From Pedobacter sp. (lineage in GTDB: Bacteria > Desulfobacterota > Desulfuromonadia > Desulfuromonadales > Syntrophotaleaceae): a stretch of 64,000 nucleotides of DNA. Position 1 is the stretch's first letter. Each line of letters begins with the position of its first letter. The notes below the pieces were generated by a model that ran no database searches, was not told the DNA's origin, and saw only the letters and a list, made by a program, of their open reading frames with translations. Shown here piece after piece: positions 60,094 through 64,000 of the stretch. The stretch spans positions 1,352,679 to 1,416,678 of the forward strand of contig JBFWJC010000001.1 in assembly GCA_050253415.1 (NCBI GenBank), read 5' to 3'. Both the position numbers and the translations under genes were made by a program.

Positions 60094-61977
60094 ATGTTGA
60101 TTTTTTTCCCGAGGCTTCTTCCCGATGAATTATTTTTCAGTGTCTGCGGTCGATATCACAGAGATCTAGATGCTGGTAATGACCAAAGGACTTCACGCGA
60201 GTTATTCGGTCTCCCTATTGCCAACTTCGGCTGGGATTTCCCAAGCCGGCTTCAGGCCTTTGTTGATCAACTGCCGGGAGATCCTCCTTTAACCGCTGAA
60301 AAACTGATTGAAGAAAATACCATGTTTCCTCTTTATCGACCATTTATTACCGAAGAGAGGGCAACCAGGGTTGTTTCTGGAATGGTTGGTACAACTGGCG
60401 CTCATCGATACAACCGATGTCTTGTCGGTATGATCAATGGAAAATTTCCCCTTGTAAAATATTTAAGGTGTTGCCCCGATTGCATTGCGGAGGATGAGAG
60501 GACCTACAGGACATCCTATTGGCACAGAAGCCATCAAGTGCACGGTGTCTTTGTCTGCCACAAACATGGAAGCCCATTGCTTGAAACCAAAGTTTCTACC
60601 TTACATAAAACTGGAGAGAGCCTTTTTAAGCCCCTGAATAAGGAATTAATCAATAAACCACTGTTTTCCGAGAAATTCGAAAAGACAGAATATGAAAATC
60701 TAAAAAAATTGTCGGACTCGATATGTTGGATACTAAATAACCCGATAAAAATAATTGGGAGAAAAAACTTATGCAAACGTTATAAAAGATTCTTATTGGA
60801 CAATAATCTTTTCTTGCGAAGAAGCAGGATATCCATAGCAAAAATAATGGATAATATTCAATGTGTGTTTGGAGAAAAAATACTCAAATTGTTGTGTTGT
60901 AATTTTGAAAAAAATTTAAAATATCCTTGGATTTCCAATCTTTTTTTTAACAATAACTTTGGACCCAATCCCCTCTATCATCTCCTGCTAATTCAGTCTT
61001 TAAATCTAGACCTTAAAGAGGTTTTTCTGGCTGATTACACGGATGAAACGGTTTCTTTTGCCGATGGATTCCCTTTTGGCAAAGGTCCCTGGCCTTGTCT
61101 GAATCCGGCCTCAAATCATTATAAAAAGAATGTTGTTATTGATTGTAGAATTGAAAGAAATACAGGCGATGGTAGGCCGATCGCTATCTTTACCTGCGAC
61201 TGCGGATATGCTTATGAAAGAATAGGTCCTGATAAAGCGAAAAAAGACCGATTTGAAAAATATCGCGTAGTTCGTTACGGTGAGGTCTTCGAAGACGAAC
61301 TTTTAAGGTTGGTTGAAGGTGAAGGGAAAAAGCATAAAGAGGTCGCAGAAATTCTCGGTGTTCATAAAAGCTATGTAGGAAACATGCTCAAAAAAATAAA
61401 GGAAAGGCCATCGAAAGAGGAACAGTTGAAGAAAGAACTTGCCGAATTAGAACAGAAGCGTAATGAGTGGAGTAGGGCCATCAAAAAAAATCCGTCCCTT
61501 GGACGCACTGAGTTGGCCTGCAAATATCCTGGACTAGTGTCTTATTTTTACAGGAAAGACAGGGATTGGTTTAAAAATAATCAGCCGCCGATAAAATCGA
61601 CATCTGCCCATACCGTCGACTGGAAATTAAGAGATGAACAATTGTCATCGGGAATCAATGATGCAGTCGCTAATATAAAAGGAATGCTTCCTTTAGCCCG
61701 TGCCTCGATTTCCAGGATCGCCCAACTTTTAAATTCTGAGACTATTTTGAAATCAAACAGGCGTCTTAACAAACTTCCAAAAACAAAAAAGTTATTAGAG
61801 GAAGCTTCAGAAAGCGTGGACGATTTCCAGATCAGGAGGTTGTATTTTTTCGCAAATGAATTAAAAAAGAATGGTGATCTAAGTCGTTTCAGGCTTTTGC
61901 GGGCCTCTGGCCTTGAATACAATAAATGTTCAAAACGTGTTCAGGAAGTAATTGATCGTTTACTTAATGGAGGATGA
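60094..61977 (+). CDS. tnsD: TnsD (TniQ-family) target-site selector
   Basis: FFP..LPDEL..S...RY, CCPDC, WHRSHQ..GV.VC.KH, PWPCLN...F.C.CG, VDW..RD. Confidence 0.93.
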   Translation: MLIFFPRLLPDELFFSVCGRYHRDLDAGNDQRTSRELFGLPIANFGWDFPSRLQAFVDQLPGDPPLTAEKLIEENTMFPLYRPFITEERATRVVSGMVGTTGAHRYNRCLVGMINGKFPLVKYLRCCPDCIAEDERTYRTSYWHRSHQVHGVFVCHKHGSPLLETKVSTLHKTGESLFKPLNKELINKPLFSEKFEKTEYENLKKLSDSICWILNNPIKIIGRKNLCKRYKRFLLDNNLFLRRSRISIAKIMDNIQCVFGEKILKLLCCNFEKNLKYPWISNLFFNNNFGPNPLYHLLLIQSLNLDLKEVFLADYTDETVSFADGFPFGKGPWPCLNPASNHYKKNVVIDCRIERNTGDGRPIAIFTCDCGYAYERIGPDKAKKDRFEKYRVVRYGEVFEDELLRLVEGEGKKHKEVAEILGVHKSYVGNMLKKIKERPSKEEQLKKELAELEQKRNEWSRAIKKNPSLGRTELACKYPGLVSYFYRKDRDWFKNNQPPIKSTSAHTVDWKLRDEQLSSGINDAVANIKGMLPLARASISRIAQLLNSETILKSNRRLNKLPKTKKLLEEASESVDDFQIRRLYFFANELKKNGDLSRFRLLRASGLEYNKCSKRVQEVIDRLLNGG

Positions 61978-62179
61978 AATTGAGGAGTTAACAATTAATA
62001 TGCTGAGGTCTAATGCCATTCAGATGAGAAACCCGCTCATTTTCTAATCCGAGAGTTTCCTTACAACTCAGCCCCCTTGTGTCAGGATTGACTTGTTCTC
62101 CTTTTAGCCCATCGCGACCTCACTTGTTCATGGGGTGCAAAATGCGATTCTGGACCATCAGCGTTCTCTAGTGGCTCTT

Positions 62180-62452
62180 CTACTTGGCCACGAAACCAGT
62201 CGCATCCTCTATAACTTGCCATTCTGGAAGCCTGAGATCTTGGCGAACAGCCTCAAAAAAGTCATCATCCTCGGCCACCACCTTGCCCTGGCCAGAGTGA
62301 AGCTCCTCCCATCCTCGGCCGACCGATTCGTTTTTATCTTCTTCGATCATTTCAAGCAAGTCGTCTATCGGCTCAGAACGCTCCGCTTTGACGTCCTCCA
62401 TCTCCTGGATGGTCTTGAAATCGACCGCTCTGTCACTGTCTGAATTTGCCAT
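62180..62452 (-). CDS. Small, highly acidic hypothetical protein (90 aa)
   Basis: Strong GAGGAGG RBS; 26 D/E against 10 K/R by hand count. Confidence 0.7.
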   Translation of the reverse strand: MANSDSDRAVDFKTIQEMEDVKAERSEPIDDLLEMIEEDKNESVGRGWEELHSGQGKVVAEDDDFFEAVRQDLRLPEWQVIEDATGFVAK

Positions 62453-63266
62453 CAAAACCTCCTCTTTTTGACAAATTCTACCATCCCTGGCGCCAGTGGT
62501 GCTACGCATAATCTGTTGCCCCAGGAGATGCGTTTGCAAGGTGGATATATTTTTGTGCTGTACTGCGGGCATACTCACCTCTCCAGGCAGTCTCGACCCT
62601 ACTCGGCGAAGTCCTGGTCGGCCCTTGTTTACTTTTACAGATCAAAACCATCCAAAAGTTCCTAACCAAACACTTCCACCTGTTGTCGAGCAAAACCGCC
62701 TAGCTATCCCTGGCGTAAAGCAGGCCTTTCTTTTGTAGGGGAATTTGTTTGGGCGTTCCGGATTGAGGGACGAGGCCCTTATTCCACCTTTTCCTAACCA
62801 TATTTTTACCAGGGCAACTAATCGGGCAATTTCGAGTTATACACTCAGTCTACCCATTCGGCCTATAACGTCTCAGATGTCAGGGATTTCAACAAATGGT
62901 TACACCGCATGATGTTTTTTGTGATGTAACTTCCGCTCGAAATCTTAATTTCGCCGCCAACCTGTCCTAAGGATGGGGGCCACCTCTATGTAGGACCCTC
63001 TAAGAAAGGAATATTTTACTCGCGTTCATATTCGGGTAGGAGGGGAACGCAGCTTTATTGGCTGTTCATGGGAAGGGATTGATGAATAAAAAGGGAGCCC
63101 AGCCAGAAAAAAGATTGCAGTTGGATTCGCGTGGGATATTTACAAATGCCCGTTTCTAGAAATTTTTGAACATCTTCATATTTCGGTTATATTTTCTTGG
63201 ATTGCTCTGAAACCTTTTGCCGGCCATTAAAGAGTGGAGATGTTTTTCCAACAAGGAGGGTTTGGA

Positions 63267-63965
63267 ATGAAGAGAGCATTAACTATAATTGCTATTTTTG
63301 CATTTTTCATAGGGGGGTGCGCATCCATTGAAGGGACGCGAAATAAGTCCTATACTTATAAGCAAAACGCTCCCTATAAAAATTTTTCTAAGATCGCAAT
63401 TTTTCCTATCGAAGAGAGCAGCAAGTTTCCAAGTCTGCCAGACTTGCTTGAAAAAAAGGTATGTGATGAGTTAATGGTAGCCGTTCCTGGCCTCCAGGTT
63501 TTGAACTCTCCTGCATTCAGTTTTGCGCTCCATCAGAACGGTAAACTAGAAAGTTTTTCGTCTTGGTATACAACCTATAAAACAACACGATATCTGGATT
63601 ACAACAGGCTTAATGAGGTGACAGACTCTTTGGATGTTCAATACCTTCTCTCAATTCGTTCTCTGGATATCGATAGAGAAAAGATTCATGCTGTTGACTC
63701 CGGTTACTCTGGAATGGTTTCGGATGCCAACAATGTGTATCGAACCAACTTCAAATTTATTGGTGAATTAATTGATATTCAGAACAGGAAGATCGTTTGG
63801 CAAGGTATCGGCTACTCGGAAAATATCAATTCGCCCAAGCGGCCGCTCGATCTGTTTTTCATCATCAAAAATCAAAAAAATCCGGAAATCGACACTTTTC
63901 TTGGCGAAATGGTTAAAGTTGCGGCCAAGGGTTTCGTTGTGGAAATGACGAAGAGAGAAAATTAA
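63267..63965 (+). CDS. Hypothetical lipoprotein
   Basis: MKRALTIIAIFAFFIGGC lipobox; AAGGAGG RBS. Confidence 0.8.
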   Translation: MKRALTIIAIFAFFIGGCASIEGTRNKSYTYKQNAPYKNFSKIAIFPIEESSKFPSLPDLLEKKVCDELMVAVPGLQVLNSPAFSFALHQNGKLESFSSWYTTYKTTRYLDYNRLNEVTDSLDVQYLLSIRSLDIDREKIHAVDSGYSGMVSDANNVYRTNFKFIGELIDIQNRKIVWQGIGYSENINSPKRPLDLFFIIKNQKNPEIDTFLGEMVKVAAKGFVVEMTKREN

Positions 63966-64000
63966 CTTTTAATCAGCGGATTTTAGAACGGTCAACTTGG

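Overview
Deltaproteobacterial (Desulfuromonadales, Pelobacter/Syntrophotalea-like; inferred from gene content) chromosome. The first 7.4 kb is core genome on the minus strand: icd 5' part, LysM lipoprotein, aspS, hisS, REC-GGDEF cyclase, and a comEC lacking its 5' part. comEC breaks exactly at a Tn7-type end with three TnsB-site-like repeats (~7415-7483), and everything downstream is accessory. (1) 9-41 kb: an IS-riddled catabolic island with a tungsten AOR behind a Moco/Wco riboswitch, ThiS/ThiF, a radical SAM protein, DhaT, a second Fe-ADH, two (methyl)malonate-semialdehyde dehydrogenases, a porin, a membrane protein, NfnA, a GltD/NfnB-like subunit plus [FeFe]-hydrogenase and a FadR/GntR regulator. 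Eleven copies of one AATAGCCAAA/TTTGGCCAAA operator tie it together, and it contains an inverted, decayed duplicate of part of itself. The gene set reads as 1,3-propanediol -> 3-hydroxypropionate -> acetyl-CoA oxidation coupled to H2. (2) 47-52 kb: a type II CBASS (CD-NTase, Cap2, Cap3, HNH-SAVED) with an extra fifth small gene and a near-perfect sigma70 promoter overlapped by two NrdR-box-like sites 32 bp apart. (3) 55.5-62 kb: tnsABCD of a Tn7-like transposon. The far end of the element is not visible in the window. All family assignments come from motif recognition by eye; no database searches were run.
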